Origin: an uncultured Chloroflexia bacterium | Lineage (GTDB): Bacteria; Chloroflexota; Limnocylindria; Limnocylindrales; CSP1-4 | Reading direction: 5' to 3' | Assembly: GCA_963712745.1 (NCBI GenBank) | Contig: CAVQJC010000020.1 | Coordinates: 96,001 to 160,000 of the forward strand | DNA length: 64,000 nt | Shown: piece by piece, positions 49,629 to 58,910 of the stretch | Position numbering within the stretch: the stretch's first letter is position 1 | How the letters are laid out: each line of letters begins with the position of its first letter | Position numbers and translations under genes: made by a program | Notes under the pieces: generated by a model | Databases searched by the model: none | Told to the model about the DNA's origin: nothing | The model's input: the letters and a program-made list of their open reading frames with translations, nothing else

Positions 49629-50957
49629 CTACTCCTGGACGACGAGAGCTGTGACCATGCCGAACATGCCGTCGAGGCCCTCGACGTGCGGCAGGATGTG
49701 GCAGTGGAACGCCCATACGCCCACCCGATCGCACTCGACGATGGCGTCGAATTGTTCACCGGGGTTGACGCCAAGGGTGTCGCAGTAGAACGACGCGCTC
49801 TCGAGTTGGGCACCGTCGCGAGCCACCACGTGCTGGCGGAACCCGTGGGTATGCCAGGGATGCATCATCACGCCCTCGTTCTGGTAGCGGATGAGCACGC
49901 GCTCGCCCTTCTTGGCGATGATCGGGATGGTCGCCGGGAAGCCCTTGCCGTTGATGGTGAAGCCGCCCAGTGAGTCGTTGTGGATGAAGATGTACTCCTG
50001 CGTCACCCCGTACTTGGTGGCATAGCTCTCCGCAGGATCGGCCGGATCCACGATGAGCGCACCGAGCAGGCCGCGCCCGACCTGGTCGGTGGCGTTGTGG
50101 TGCGAGTGGTACATGTGCGAGCCGTGGGGGGTGGCCGTGAACTCATACGTGAACGTCTCGCCGGGGATGATCGGCGGCTGCGTCACGAAGGGGATGCCGT
50201 CCATGTGGAAGTCGTCGAACTCGATGCCGTGCATATGCACGCCGGTCGTCTCGTCGAGGTTGTTGGTCACGTTGATGCGGACCTTGTCGCCCTCGGTGAC
50301 CCGCAGCGCCGGACCTGGCCACATCTTGTTGTAGCCCAGTGCCTTGACCGGCTCCTTCATGGCATCGATCTGCCAGTCCATCTGGTCCACGGTCAGGTCG
50401 AAGACCTTCCAGTCGCCGTCGACGGTCGGTGTGAGCGGATGATTGCCGTGCTCGACCAGCGTGAACTCGGGGTCCTGCACGGGCTCACCGAGGTACTCGG
50501 ACATGTTCAGAGGGCCGGCCAGGTTGCCCACGAACCGGCGTACCTTCTCGCGGGCAGCCATGTCGTGTTCGGTCCAGCCCTCAGGCAGGGGCTCGGTGGG
50601 ACCCTGCTCCTCGGTCAGGGGCTCGGTCGTGGCGACGGCCTCTCCGTCCGTCCCTTCCGCGGCCGCAGTCTCAGGCGTGGCGGCCGCCGCCGTCAGGGTG
50701 CGCAGGGGTGCGTAGGACCAGGCGCTTCCGCTCGCCGGAGCGCAGGCCGCGATGAGCCCGGCTGCGGCGGTCCCGCCAGCGACCGCCAATGCGCCACGCA
50801 GGAAACCGCGCCGGCTGGTGGTACCCAGCGCGACCGGCACCATGCGGTCGAGATCTGCCGGCTCCTCCTCACCGGAGACTGATGCGATGGCCTCGTCGAT
50901 CGCATCGTTCCTGGGGTTCGCTCCGTCGGACATGGGGGGTGATGCCTTCGCGTGCAT
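49629..50957 (-). CDS. Two-domain multicopper oxidase with Tat signal
   Basis: SRRGFL; VHMHG, YHSH, HPWHTHG, HCHILPH...M. Confidence 0.9.
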   Translation of the reverse strand: MHAKASPPMSDGANPRNDAIDEAIASVSGEEEPADLDRMVPVALGTTSRRGFLRGALAVAGGTAAAGLIAACAPASGSAWSYAPLRTLTAAAATPETAAAEGTDGEAVATTEPLTEEQGPTEPLPEGWTEHDMAAREKVRRFVGNLAGPLNMSEYLGEPVQDPEFTLVEHGNHPLTPTVDGDWKVFDLTVDQMDWQIDAMKEPVKALGYNKMWPGPALRVTEGDKVRINVTNNLDETTGVHMHGIEFDDFHMDGIPFVTQPPIIPGETFTYEFTATPHGSHMYHSHHNATDQVGRGLLGALIVDPADPAESYATKYGVTQEYIFIHNDSLGGFTINGKGFPATIPIIAKKGERVLIRYQNEGVMMHPWHTHGFRQHVVARDGAQLESASFYCDTLGVNPGEQFDAIVECDRVGVWAFHCHILPHVEGLDGMFGMVTALVVQE

Positions 50958-51042
50958 GGCGGAAGATTAACCATGTCGCTGCCCGATTTCAGGGCCGTCA
51001 GGACGCCTGACACGGGCCATTGGTCACGTCAGGACTGGTAGA

Positions 51043-52302
51043 TTGACCCTGATGGACCGGATCGATACGACCAGCCGCACCGTTGGGCCGCCCACAGATG
51101 CCGAACAGTCCGAAGCGGCCATCCGTGAGGCCGAGGCCTGGGCCGCCGCAGCCCAGGACGCGCGCCGCCGCCTGGAAGCACTGGATGCCGCCACCGTGGC
51201 CATCTCCCAGGAACTTTCGCTCGAGCGCGTGCTGCAGATCATCGTCGACAGCGTGCGGCCGCTCGTCGGCGCGCGCTACGCCGCCCTCGGCATCCCCGAC
51301 GACCAGGGTTCGATGGAGCGATTCATCACCAGCGGCATGAGCGCGCGGCAGCGGTCGGAGGTGGGCGCCCCTCCCCGCGGCCGAGGTCTGCTGGGCGAAT
51401 CGGTGCGCAAGGACGTGAGCGTGCGCATCTCTGACATACCGGCTGACCCCCGCAGCGTCGGCTTCCCCACGGGGCACCCACAGATGACCTCGTTCCTGAG
51501 CGTTCCGGTCAAGGTCGAGGGCCGCGCCATCGGCAACCTCTATCTCACCGACCGGGAGGACGGGCATCCATTCAGCGAGGATGACGAACGGCTGGTGGAA
51601 TCATTCGCCCGCCACGCCGGCCTGGGCATCCACAACGCGCGCATGCACGAGGAACTGCGTCAGCTGGCAGTGCTGCAGGAGCGGGAGCGCATCGCCCAGG
51701 ATCTCCACGATGGGTCCATCCAATCGCTGTATGCGGTCAGTCTGGCCCTCGAGGATACCGAGGAACTGATGGAGGCCGACCCGCAGGCGGCGGTGGAACG
51801 TATCGATCACGCCATCGAATCGATCCACGGCACCATCCAGGAGATCCGCGACTTCATCATGGGGCTCGACCCCGACGCCCGAACGGCCGTGGACCTGCTG
51901 GCCGGACTGACCACGCTGACCGACGAGTTCGAGCGCAGCACGCTCATCGAGGTCGAGTTGGCGAGCGACCCCGAGGTACCGCTCGACCCCGACGAGACCC
52001 TCCAACTCATCCAGCTCACCCGCGAGGCCATGAGCAACGTGGCGCGGCATGCGCAGGCCTCGAAGGTCACCGTCAACGTCGAGGACCGTCGCGAAGTCCT
52101 GAGGCTGTCTATCATCGACGACGGCAGAGGCTTCGACACCAGCGAGGCACAGCGGCCTGGTCATCACGGCCTCACCAACATGCATGCACGCGCTGACTCG
52201 CTCGGCGGGTCGCTCGCGATAACAAGTGGCTACGACGGCACGCAGGTCGTCTTCGAGATGCCGCGGGGAGAGCTCGGCAGAACCAAGGAGTCCAGTCAAT
52301 GA
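51043..52302 (+). CDS. GAF-domain sensor histidine kinase (DosS/DevS-like)
   Basis: ARYAALG, GFPTGHPQMTSFL, ERIAQDLHD, NVARHA, DDGRG. Confidence 0.92.
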   Translation: MTLMDRIDTTSRTVGPPTDAEQSEAAIREAEAWAAAAQDARRRLEALDAATVAISQELSLERVLQIIVDSVRPLVGARYAALGIPDDQGSMERFITSGMSARQRSEVGAPPRGRGLLGESVRKDVSVRISDIPADPRSVGFPTGHPQMTSFLSVPVKVEGRAIGNLYLTDREDGHPFSEDDERLVESFARHAGLGIHNARMHEELRQLAVLQERERIAQDLHDGSIQSLYAVSLALEDTEELMEADPQAAVERIDHAIESIHGTIQEIRDFIMGLDPDARTAVDLLAGLTTLTDEFERSTLIEVELASDPEVPLDPDETLQLIQLTREAMSNVARHAQASKVTVNVEDRREVLRLSIIDDGRGFDTSEAQRPGHHGLTNMHARADSLGGSLAITSGYDGTQVVFEMPRGELGRTKESSQ

Positions 52303-53018
52303 CAGACCCGGACGAGGCCCAGGGCATCCCCAAGAGCCCGTCCGCGACGGACAAGTCAGCGCCGGCCAAGAAGCTACGTCTGCTCGTGGTCGATGATCAC
52401 GAGGTCGTACGCCAGGGCCTCGCGGCGCTGCTGAATCGCCGCGAGGCGTTCCAGGTGGTGGCCGAGGCCGGCACCGTCGAAGAAGCCCTGAGCGCGGTCG
52501 AGAGATTCGCGCCGGACCTGGTGATCATGGACGTGCGCCTGCCCGACGGCTCCGGCATCGAGGCCTGTCGTGACATCCGCGCCGAGCATCCCGACGTGCG
52601 CGTGGTCATGCTCACCAGCTACCCCGACGAAGAGGCTGTGCTCTCAGCCATCGTGGCGGGCGCGAGCGGCTACCTGCTCAAGCAGGTCCGGGCTCGCGAT
52701 CTCGTCAACGCCCTCGAAGCCGTGGGGCGTGGCGAATCGCTGCTCGACCCAGCGGTGACCGAGAAGGTCCTCGAGCGCGTCCGCCGCATCGCCACCAGCG
52801 CCTACACCGACGAGTTCGCACAGCTCACCGCCCAGGAGCAGAAGATCCTGCTGCTGGTGGCTGAGGGCAAGACCAACAAGGAGATCGCGGCGGAGGTCTA
52901 CCTTTCGGACAAGACCGTCAAGAACTACGTCTCCTCGATCCTCTCGAAGCTGAACCTGCAGCGCCGAGCCCAGGCCGCGGCGTACGTGGCCAAGCACAAG
53001 CCAGGCTCGAGTTTCTGA
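52299..53018 (+). CDS. NarL/LuxR response regulator (DosR/DevR-like)
   Basis: VDDHEVVR, DVRLPDG, EGKTNKEIA, KTVKNYVSSILSKL. Confidence 0.93.
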   Translation: MTDPDEAQGIPKSPSATDKSAPAKKLRLLVVDDHEVVRQGLAALLNRREAFQVVAEAGTVEEALSAVERFAPDLVIMDVRLPDGSGIEACRDIRAEHPDVRVVMLTSYPDEEAVLSAIVAGASGYLLKQVRARDLVNALEAVGRGESLLDPAVTEKVLERVRRIATSAYTDEFAQLTAQEQKILLLVAEGKTNKEIAAEVYLSDKTVKNYVSSILSKLNLQRRAQAAAYVAKHKPGSSF

Positions 53019-53039
53019 CGCTGAGTTCGGGCTACGGCC

Positions 53040-53078
53040 GCCAGGGCGTCAGTCGGCGGCCAGGGCGTCAGTCGGCGC
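53040..53078. repeat. 19-bp direct repeat duplicating the rrf2 stop region
   Basis: gccagggcgtcagtcggcg x2. Confidence 0.75.
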
Positions 53079-53520
53079 CGTCCTGCCTGGGCCCGTCGGT
53101 GGGTGGCGGCGCGGAGCCAGACACGACCGCGGCCACCGACACATCGTCGAGTCGCGCCAGGATGGCTTCCTGCGCTTCGTAGAACATGTCGTGCACATCG
53201 CATGGCTCGCCGATGCCGCAGGGCTGCCCGCTGAGGACGCACTTCTGGCGGCGGGCGTCTCCCTCTGCCGCCTCGATGATGTCAAGGAGGCTGATATCCG
53301 AGGCCGGCCGCGACAGACGATAACCGCCGGCTCGGCCCAGGCGTGCCTCCACGATGCCGGCACGGCTGAGGTCGCCGAGCACCTGGGGCAGGAAGCGCAC
53401 CGGGATATCCATGTCCTTGGCGATGCGTCGGGCGGGCACGACCTCGTCGCCCTCCGCCCGAGCCAGAGTCAGCACCGCTCGAATGGCGTACGAACCTCGG
53501 TGCGTCAATTCCAACCTCAC
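53068..53520 (-). CDS. Rrf2 family regulator (3-Cys, Fe-S type)
   Basis: YAIRAVL, GRAGGYRL, CVLSGQPCGIGEPC; AGGAG RBS before GTG. Confidence 0.92.
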   Translation of the reverse strand: MRLELTHRGSYAIRAVLTLARAEGDEVVPARRIAKDMDIPVRFLPQVLGDLSRAGIVEARLGRAGGYRLSRPASDISLLDIIEAAEGDARRQKCVLSGQPCGIGEPCDVHDMFYEAQEAILARLDDVSVAAVVSGSAPPPTDGPRQDGAD

Positions 53521-53555
53521 GACTCCTAGTTTCGCACGTCCGGGCATATCCTTGC

Positions 53556-53879
53556 CGGTCCGAACGGCCCAGTCATCGGGGGCCCGATGCACCTAAGACG
53601 CAGCAGCCTGGTATGAGATCCGCGTGGGGCCGATCGGCCCCCGGATGTGTGCCATCCGGCCATCGTCAGGCTTGGCGGTGAATTGGGACGATCGTCATGT
53701 TCGCTCACGGATGGCTCCTTGACCGGCCGTCCGCGATCGGAAGGTGCTCGCCCGCGATGGGGCAACCCATCGGGGGGAGCGGGCGAGCGCCGCCTCTCTT
53801 CGCTGCTCAACGCGGCGTCTCGGCCGGGCCGGGACGCCGTGATCTTCTTCTCTGGTCCGCTTTGAGGACATTCGGCCCG
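53556..53879. promoter_or_regulatory. Cluster of DosR-like boxes (GGGAC-N4-GTCCC type)
   Basis: GGTCCgaacGGCCC (53557), GGGGCCgatcGGCCCC (53626), GGGACgatcGTCAT (53685), AGGACattcGGCCC (53865). Confidence 0.6.
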
Positions 53880-53992
53880 AGCCACGTGACGGTTCGGACT
53901 GGGCGCGCCATCCACACGGCAGCACCATGACGGACAGGACGCGGGTGCCTCCGAACCAGCAGGGGCCCATGTGCGCCCGGAGGGACGGCCGG

Positions 53993-54427
53993 ATGAAGAA
54001 GATCCTCGTGGCCTATGACGGACAAGAAGCCGGACAGCGCGCGCTGGAGATGGCCGCTCGCCTGGCCCTCGCCTTCGACGGGCGTGTCGATGTCGTGAGT
54101 GTCGTACCCGAGGGCTTCGGCCATGTCGAAGGCCAGTCGCCGGAACCTGCCGTCGAGCACGCTCGCGAACTGGTGGAGGCGCGCGGCGTCCTTCGTCGGC
54201 ATGGTATCGAGGCCGGGCTCATCGAACCGGCCGGCGACCCCGCGGAGACGATCGAGCGCCTGGCCAGCGAACGCGGGTACGACACCATCGTGGTGGGCGG
54301 CAATCGCGCAGGCCGCAGTAGCCACCCCTGGATGGAGACCGTGACCGCCCACGTGGCCGCCAATGCCAAGGCCGACGTGGTGGTGGCCCGGCGAGCTCTC
54401 GCGCCTCCGCCGCGCGCCAACGACTAG
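53993..54427 (+). CDS. Universal stress protein
   Basis: MKKILVAYDG, GDPA, DTIVVG. Confidence 0.88.
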   Translation: MKKILVAYDGQEAGQRALEMAARLALAFDGRVDVVSVVPEGFGHVEGQSPEPAVEHARELVEARGVLRRHGIEAGLIEPAGDPAETIERLASERGYDTIVVGGNRAGRSSHPWMETVTAHVAANAKADVVVARRALAPPPRAND

Positions 54428-54509
54428 GCTCGGCCTCGACGCCTGCGCTATCTGCGGCTCGGCCGTATCCTGTCCCGGCCAAGGCATTCCCACGTACGGT
54501 GATCCCCTG

Positions 54510-55328
54510 ATGAGTTCGAACGACCCCAAGCCCTCCTCGAGCGGCAGCATGAGCCGCAAGGAACGGCGCGCCGCTGCACGCGCTGCACGCAAGAGCGGTG
54601 ACGGCAAGCCTGCCGCTAGCAGCGGATCGAGCGGCGGATCGGGACCGTCGATGCTGGTCATCAGCATCGCCGCGGTGGCCATCGGCCTGGTGGCCGTGGT
54701 GGCCCTCGTCCTCGTCAGCGGTGGCCTCGGCAGCGACGAGGCCACCGATACCGTCAGCCAGCCCGAGGCAAAGGGCCCGGCCCAGGAGCTGCGGCAGGGT
54801 CGCACGCTGGTCCAGCCGGACACCATACCGCCGGTGGTGGTCGAGGCCTATGAGGACCCGCAGTGCGGGCACTGCGGCACGTTCACCGAGCGCATCGAGC
54901 CCCTGCTCATCGCCGAGCACGTGACCGACGGGACGGCCAGCTTCACCTACAAGGACTTCATCATCTTCAGCGAGGAGTCGCTCGACGCCGCCATCGCCAT
55001 GCGCGTGGCCGAGGACATGGACGGCAAGTTCTGGGACCTTCACCAGATCATCTTCCACAACCAGCAGGGCGTGGAGGACGGCTCCTTCTCGCGATCCCGA
55101 CTCGCGGATATGGCCGAGCTCGTCGGACTCGACCGCGACGAGTTCCTCAGCCGCATGGACGAGTCGGAGTTCCGTGAGGCGGTCCTGGCTGAGCGAGCCG
55201 AGGGCGAGGCCCTCGGCATCGCCAGCACTCCCACCGTCATCGTGAACGGTGAGCTACTGGTGGGTGTGCCGACCTGGGAGGATCTCGACGCGGCCATCAC
55301 CGAAGCCGCGCAGGCGGCACAAGCCTGA
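54510..55328 (+). CDS. DsbA family thioredoxin-domain membrane protein
   Basis: TM helix, EDPQCGHC, STPTVIVNG. Confidence 0.9.
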   Translation: MSSNDPKPSSSGSMSRKERRAAARAARKSGDGKPAASSGSSGGSGPSMLVISIAAVAIGLVAVVALVLVSGGLGSDEATDTVSQPEAKGPAQELRQGRTLVQPDTIPPVVVEAYEDPQCGHCGTFTERIEPLLIAEHVTDGTASFTYKDFIIFSEESLDAAIAMRVAEDMDGKFWDLHQIIFHNQQGVEDGSFSRSRLADMAELVGLDRDEFLSRMDESEFREAVLAERAEGEALGIASTPTVIVNGELLVGVPTWEDLDAAITEAAQAAQA

Positions 55329-55348
55329 CCCCACGCGCATCGGCGCCG

Positions 55349-55795
55349 GTGGTGGCGGTCGGGGGGCGCCGCGGCAGCCTCGGCTGGCTGCTGGCACTGC
55401 TCGCGCTGGGCGCGCTCGGGGTGGCCCTCTATCTGGGGCTCACCAAGCTCTCGGGAGGGAGCCCGGCCTGTGGCGTGCTCCACGGCTGCGACACCGTCAA
55501 CGAGAGTGAGTACGCGGCGGTCTTCGGCCTCCCCACCGGCCTCCTCGGGGCCGCCGCCTCAGCGGCGACGCTCATCGGCGCCCTCGTGTGGTGGCTTCTC
55601 GCCGACCGCCGGGCAGTACTGGTCTCGTACGTGGTGGGCCTGCTCAGCCTGCCCTTCCTGGCCTGGCTCACCTACCTTGAGATCTTCGTCATCGAAGCCA
55701 TCTGCATCTGGTGCGTCTCGTACGCGCTGCTGGTCATCGCCGGCTGGGCCGTGGCGACCCGGGTGCTGTGGCGCAGTAGAGGAGAGTCCGCGTGA
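55349..55795 (+). CDS. Vitamin K epoxide reductase (VKOR) family protein
   Basis: CGVLHGCDTVNESEY, AICIWC. Confidence 0.9.
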   Translation: MVAVGGRRGSLGWLLALLALGALGVALYLGLTKLSGGSPACGVLHGCDTVNESEYAAVFGLPTGLLGAAASAATLIGALVWWLLADRRAVLVSYVVGLLSLPFLAWLTYLEIFVIEAICIWCVSYALLVIAGWAVATRVLWRSRGESA

Positions 55796-56548
55796 AGAGA
55801 CTTTGGCTCCTGGCCACGATCGCGGCCACCATGCTCGCCCTGCCGGCCGGTGTCGCGGCGCAGGAGGCGTCGAGCGACCCCCTGCCCGAACAAGGCACGC
55901 CCCTCGACGCCGGACGCTACTCGAGCGCACTCGTGGGTCCGACCATCGACTTCCGTGTCGAGGAAGGTTGGATCGTGGGCCCCTCCGGCGGCGGGCCGAT
56001 CTTCACGCTCGAGCACACCAGCGCGCCGGGCACCGTGCTCAGTGTCACCCGCTTCGACGGCGAGGCGTACCTCGACTCCTGTGACCCCACCTCCATGACC
56101 ATCGTCGAGCCCGGCGTCCAACGGCTGGCCGAGATCGATCGCCGGGAATCCCTACCTCAACCCTGGGCCACCCGAGTTCATCGAGGTCGACGGTCATGCC
56201 GGGCTTCGGCTGGATGTGGGCGTACCGACCTACAACGAGTGCGCACTGCTCGAACTGCTCATCTGGGCACTGCCCATCGGTGAAGGCGGCGTCCCTTTCG
56301 TGCAGTATGCCAACCAGCAGTCGCGCTTCGTCATCCTCGACGTCGAAGGGGACGTCATCGTGGTCGCCATCGAATCGCTCCCGGGCGTGCCCTTCGGAGG
56401 CCTCCTGGAGACCTCGATGGAGATCCTCGAGACGATGCGCATCGAGCCGGGCGAGTACGTCCCGCCCGAACCGACTCCCGCGCCGCCTCCGGCAGCGACC
56501 GCGGACCCCTCCCCCAGTCCTGGCACGGCGGAGAGCACCTCGGCCTAA
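55792..56548 (+). pseudogene. Secreted hypothetical protein with a frameshift near 56137
   Basis: Signal peptide VAA|QE; ...RLAEI continues as IAGNPYLNPGPPEFIEVDGHAGLRLDVGVPTY if one base of gagatcgatc is removed. Confidence 0.65.
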
Positions 56549-56599
56549 CGGCCCGGACCTAGGCCGAAGCTCCGCCCCTGGTGCCCGTGGCCGCTTCGA

Positions 56600-56818
56600 T
56601 GAGACCGACCGCGTCGGCCAACAGGAACACCGGGATGCCGCGAGCCTCGGCGATGTGAGGACCGACCAGCGTCTTGGGCTGACACACGACGGCGACGGCG
56701 CCACTGGCTGCGGAGCGGCGAGACGCACGGCGTGAACCGCGCTCGTCAGCCCCTTGGCCAGGGCCAGGAACGGAACGACATCGCCGTGAGAGCCCACGGT
56801 GATCAAGGCGACGTCCAT
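56600..56818 (-). pseudogene. Glycosyltransferase (GT1/GT28 N-terminal) remnant
   Basis: MDVALITVGSHGDVVPFLALAKGL, plus QPKTLVGPHIAEARGIP in another frame. Confidence 0.6.
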
Positions 56819-56871
56819 GCTGCTGAGCACAGGCACCGCCGCGTCGCGTCATCAGCTCGGCCTGACCGCGA

Positions 56872-56887
56872 CGGGCCGATGGCCCTA
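56872..56887. promoter_or_regulatory. DosR-like box upstream of the arsR-sulfur operon
   Basis: cGGGCCgatgGCCCTa. Confidence 0.45.
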
Positions 56888-56937
56888 TGCCGATGTGACG
56901 TTTAGCACTCATGCGCACGTGGGCATATGGGGATGAT

Positions 56938-57291
56938 ATGCGCATGGACCCGATCCACGAGCTCCAGGCGGAGATCTGCCGAACCCTCTCGCATCCTGCG
57001 CGCATCGCTATCCTGCATCTGCTTGCGGAAGAGCCGCGGGAGGTGGGACGGCTGGCCAGCGCGCTCGATATCACCCAGCCGAATGTCTCCAAGCACCTCG
57101 CGGTCATGCGCCAGGCCGGTCTCGTCGAGGCCGCGCGTGACGGCCGTGGTGCGGTCTACCGGCTGACCGACCAGAGCGTCATCGGCGCCTGCGACCTCAT
57201 GGCCCAGGTGATGCGCCGCCGGCTCGCCCGCATGGCCGAGCTCTCCGCAGCCATCGAATCGACCGACAACGGCTCGGTCTCCAGCAAGTAA
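56938..57291 (+). CDS. ArsR/SmtB family regulator
   Basis: LSHPARIAIL, QPNVSKHLAVMRQAGLV; two Cys. Confidence 0.92.
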   Translation: MRMDPIHELQAEICRTLSHPARIAILHLLAEEPREVGRLASALDITQPNVSKHLAVMRQAGLVEAARDGRGAVYRLTDQSVIGACDLMAQVMRRRLARMAELSAAIESTDNGSVSSK

Positions 57292-57302
57292 GGAAGACGA
57301 CT

Positions 57303-57719
57303 ATGGATGACAAGCCCCTGGCCATCGTGCTCTTCAGCGGCACCGACGACAAGCTCAACGCCGCGGCCGTGATGGCCTCCGGCGCGGCCGCGCTGGGCCG
57401 GAACGTGCACATCTTCCTACAGTACTGGGGTCTGGACGCCTTCCGCGCCGATCGCATCAAGAACGACCATGGCCTCGCCGCTGAAGCCGGCGCTGAGGGG
57501 AAGGCCGCGGTCGATGCCTTGCGCGCGGAGGGCCAGGCCCCCTGGTACGAGACGCTGGCCATGGCCAAGGAGCTCGGCGGAGTCGAGATCCAGGCCTGCT
57601 CGCTGTCGATGGACCTGCTCAAGATCACTGAGGACGACCTCGACCCGCTCGTCGACGGCACCGAAGGCGTGACCGCCTTCTACATCGCGGCCGGCGACGC
57701 CCAGCTGCTCTTCATCTAG
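57303..57719 (+). CDS. DsrE/DsrF-like sulfur carrier
   Basis: IVLFSG, FLQYWG, IQACSLSM, LFI C-terminus. Confidence 0.88.
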   Translation: MDDKPLAIVLFSGTDDKLNAAAVMASGAAALGRNVHIFLQYWGLDAFRADRIKNDHGLAAEAGAEGKAAVDALRAEGQAPWYETLAMAKELGGVEIQACSLSMDLLKITEDDLDPLVDGTEGVTAFYIAAGDAQLLFI

Positions 57720-57750
57720 CCAACCCGTACAAGCTCGGAAGGAGTCCTCC

Positions 57751-57984
57751 ATGAGCGATGCCATCCACACCACAGTCGACGCCAAGGGCCTGTCCTGCCC
57801 GATGCCCATCGTCAAGACCGCCCAGGCCGCGAAGGCCGTGCCGGCCGGAGAGCTCATCGAGGTCCTGGCCACCGATCCCGGTTCGGTCAAGGACTTCGCC
57901 GCCTGGACCCGCTCCACCGGCAACGCCATCGTCGAGCAGACCGAAGACGGCGGCGTCTACCGCTTCGTCATCAAGCGCGCCTAG
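57751..57984 (+). CDS. tusA: Sulfurtransferase TusA family protein
   Basis: DAKGLSCPMP, ATDPGSVKD. Confidence 0.93.
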   Translation: MSDAIHTTVDAKGLSCPMPIVKTAQAAKAVPAGELIEVLATDPGSVKDFAAWTRSTGNAIVEQTEDGGVYRFVIKRA

Positions 57985-58014
57985 TCCGGCGCACGAGCAC
58001 AGAAAGGGAGGCTC

Positions 58015-58596
58015 ATGGCTACCGAGACCGCGGCTCCTGAGGCCGCCACCGACCAGGCCGCCGAGGCCAAGCTGACCGAGGCCATCGCGGCCGCGGCCGG
58101 AGACGCTGAAGCACCCGCCCAGCGCCAGCTGGTGATCATCAACTGGAGCGGCGAGTACGACAAGGTCATGCCCACGCTCATCCTGGCCAGTGTCGCCGCC
58201 GCCAGCGGCTACAAGACGTCGATCTTCATGACCTTCTGGGGCCTGCTGCCCTTCGTCAAGGACGAGAAGCGCATCACCGGCGAGAACACCATGCAGAAGA
58301 TGCTCTCGTTCATGCAGCGCCCCGGCATCAGCCACATGAAGATGTCGAAGATGAACTTCATGGGCATGGGCCCGTGGATGATCGGCAAGCTCAGCAAGCA
58401 GTACAACGTGGCCTCGCCCAAGGAGCTGCTCGAAGCCTGCCAGCTGATGGGTGTGGAGCTGCTGCCCTGCCAGATGACCATGGACATGTACGGCCTCAAG
58501 CGCGAGGACATGATCGACGGCCTGGGCGACCCCGTCGGCGCCGCCACCGTCCTCGAGATGATGACCGAGGAGCACACCGGCTCCCTCTTCATCTAG
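58015..58596 (+). CDS. DsrE2-like sulfur carrier
   Basis: SGEYDK, FMTFWGL, SKMNFMGMG, PCQMTMD. Confidence 0.9.
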   Translation: MATETAAPEAATDQAAEAKLTEAIAAAAGDAEAPAQRQLVIINWSGEYDKVMPTLILASVAAASGYKTSIFMTFWGLLPFVKDEKRITGENTMQKMLSFMQRPGISHMKMSKMNFMGMGPWMIGKLSKQYNVASPKELLEACQLMGVELLPCQMTMDMYGLKREDMIDGLGDPVGAATVLEMMTEEHTGSLFI

Positions 58597-58629
58597 ATCC
58601 TCCCCACTACCGCCCCCGAAAGGAGAACC

Positions 58630-58881
58630 ATGACCACGCTCGAGCTCGAGAGCACCCCCACCACCACCATCGACGCCCGCGGCAGCTTCTGCCCCGGTCC
58701 GCTGATGGAGCTCATCCGGGCCATCCGGGAGGGCAATGTCGGGGACGTCCTGGCTGTCATCTCCAGCGACAACGGCTCCAAGACCGATATCCCGGCCTGG
58801 GTCGACAAGGCCGGCCACAAGCTGATCGGCGTCTTCCCGCACGAGGGCTACGACGAGATCGTCATCGAGAAGCTCAAGTAG
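58630..58881 (+). CDS. tusA: Sulfurtransferase TusA family protein
   Basis: DARGSFCPGP, DIPAW. Confidence 0.92.
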   Translation: MTTLELESTPTTTIDARGSFCPGPLMELIRAIREGNVGDVLAVISSDNGSKTDIPAWVDKAGHKLIGVFPHEGYDEIVIEKLK

Positions 58882-58910
58882 CTGTTCGAGAAACACCAGG
58901 AGTCCCACTC

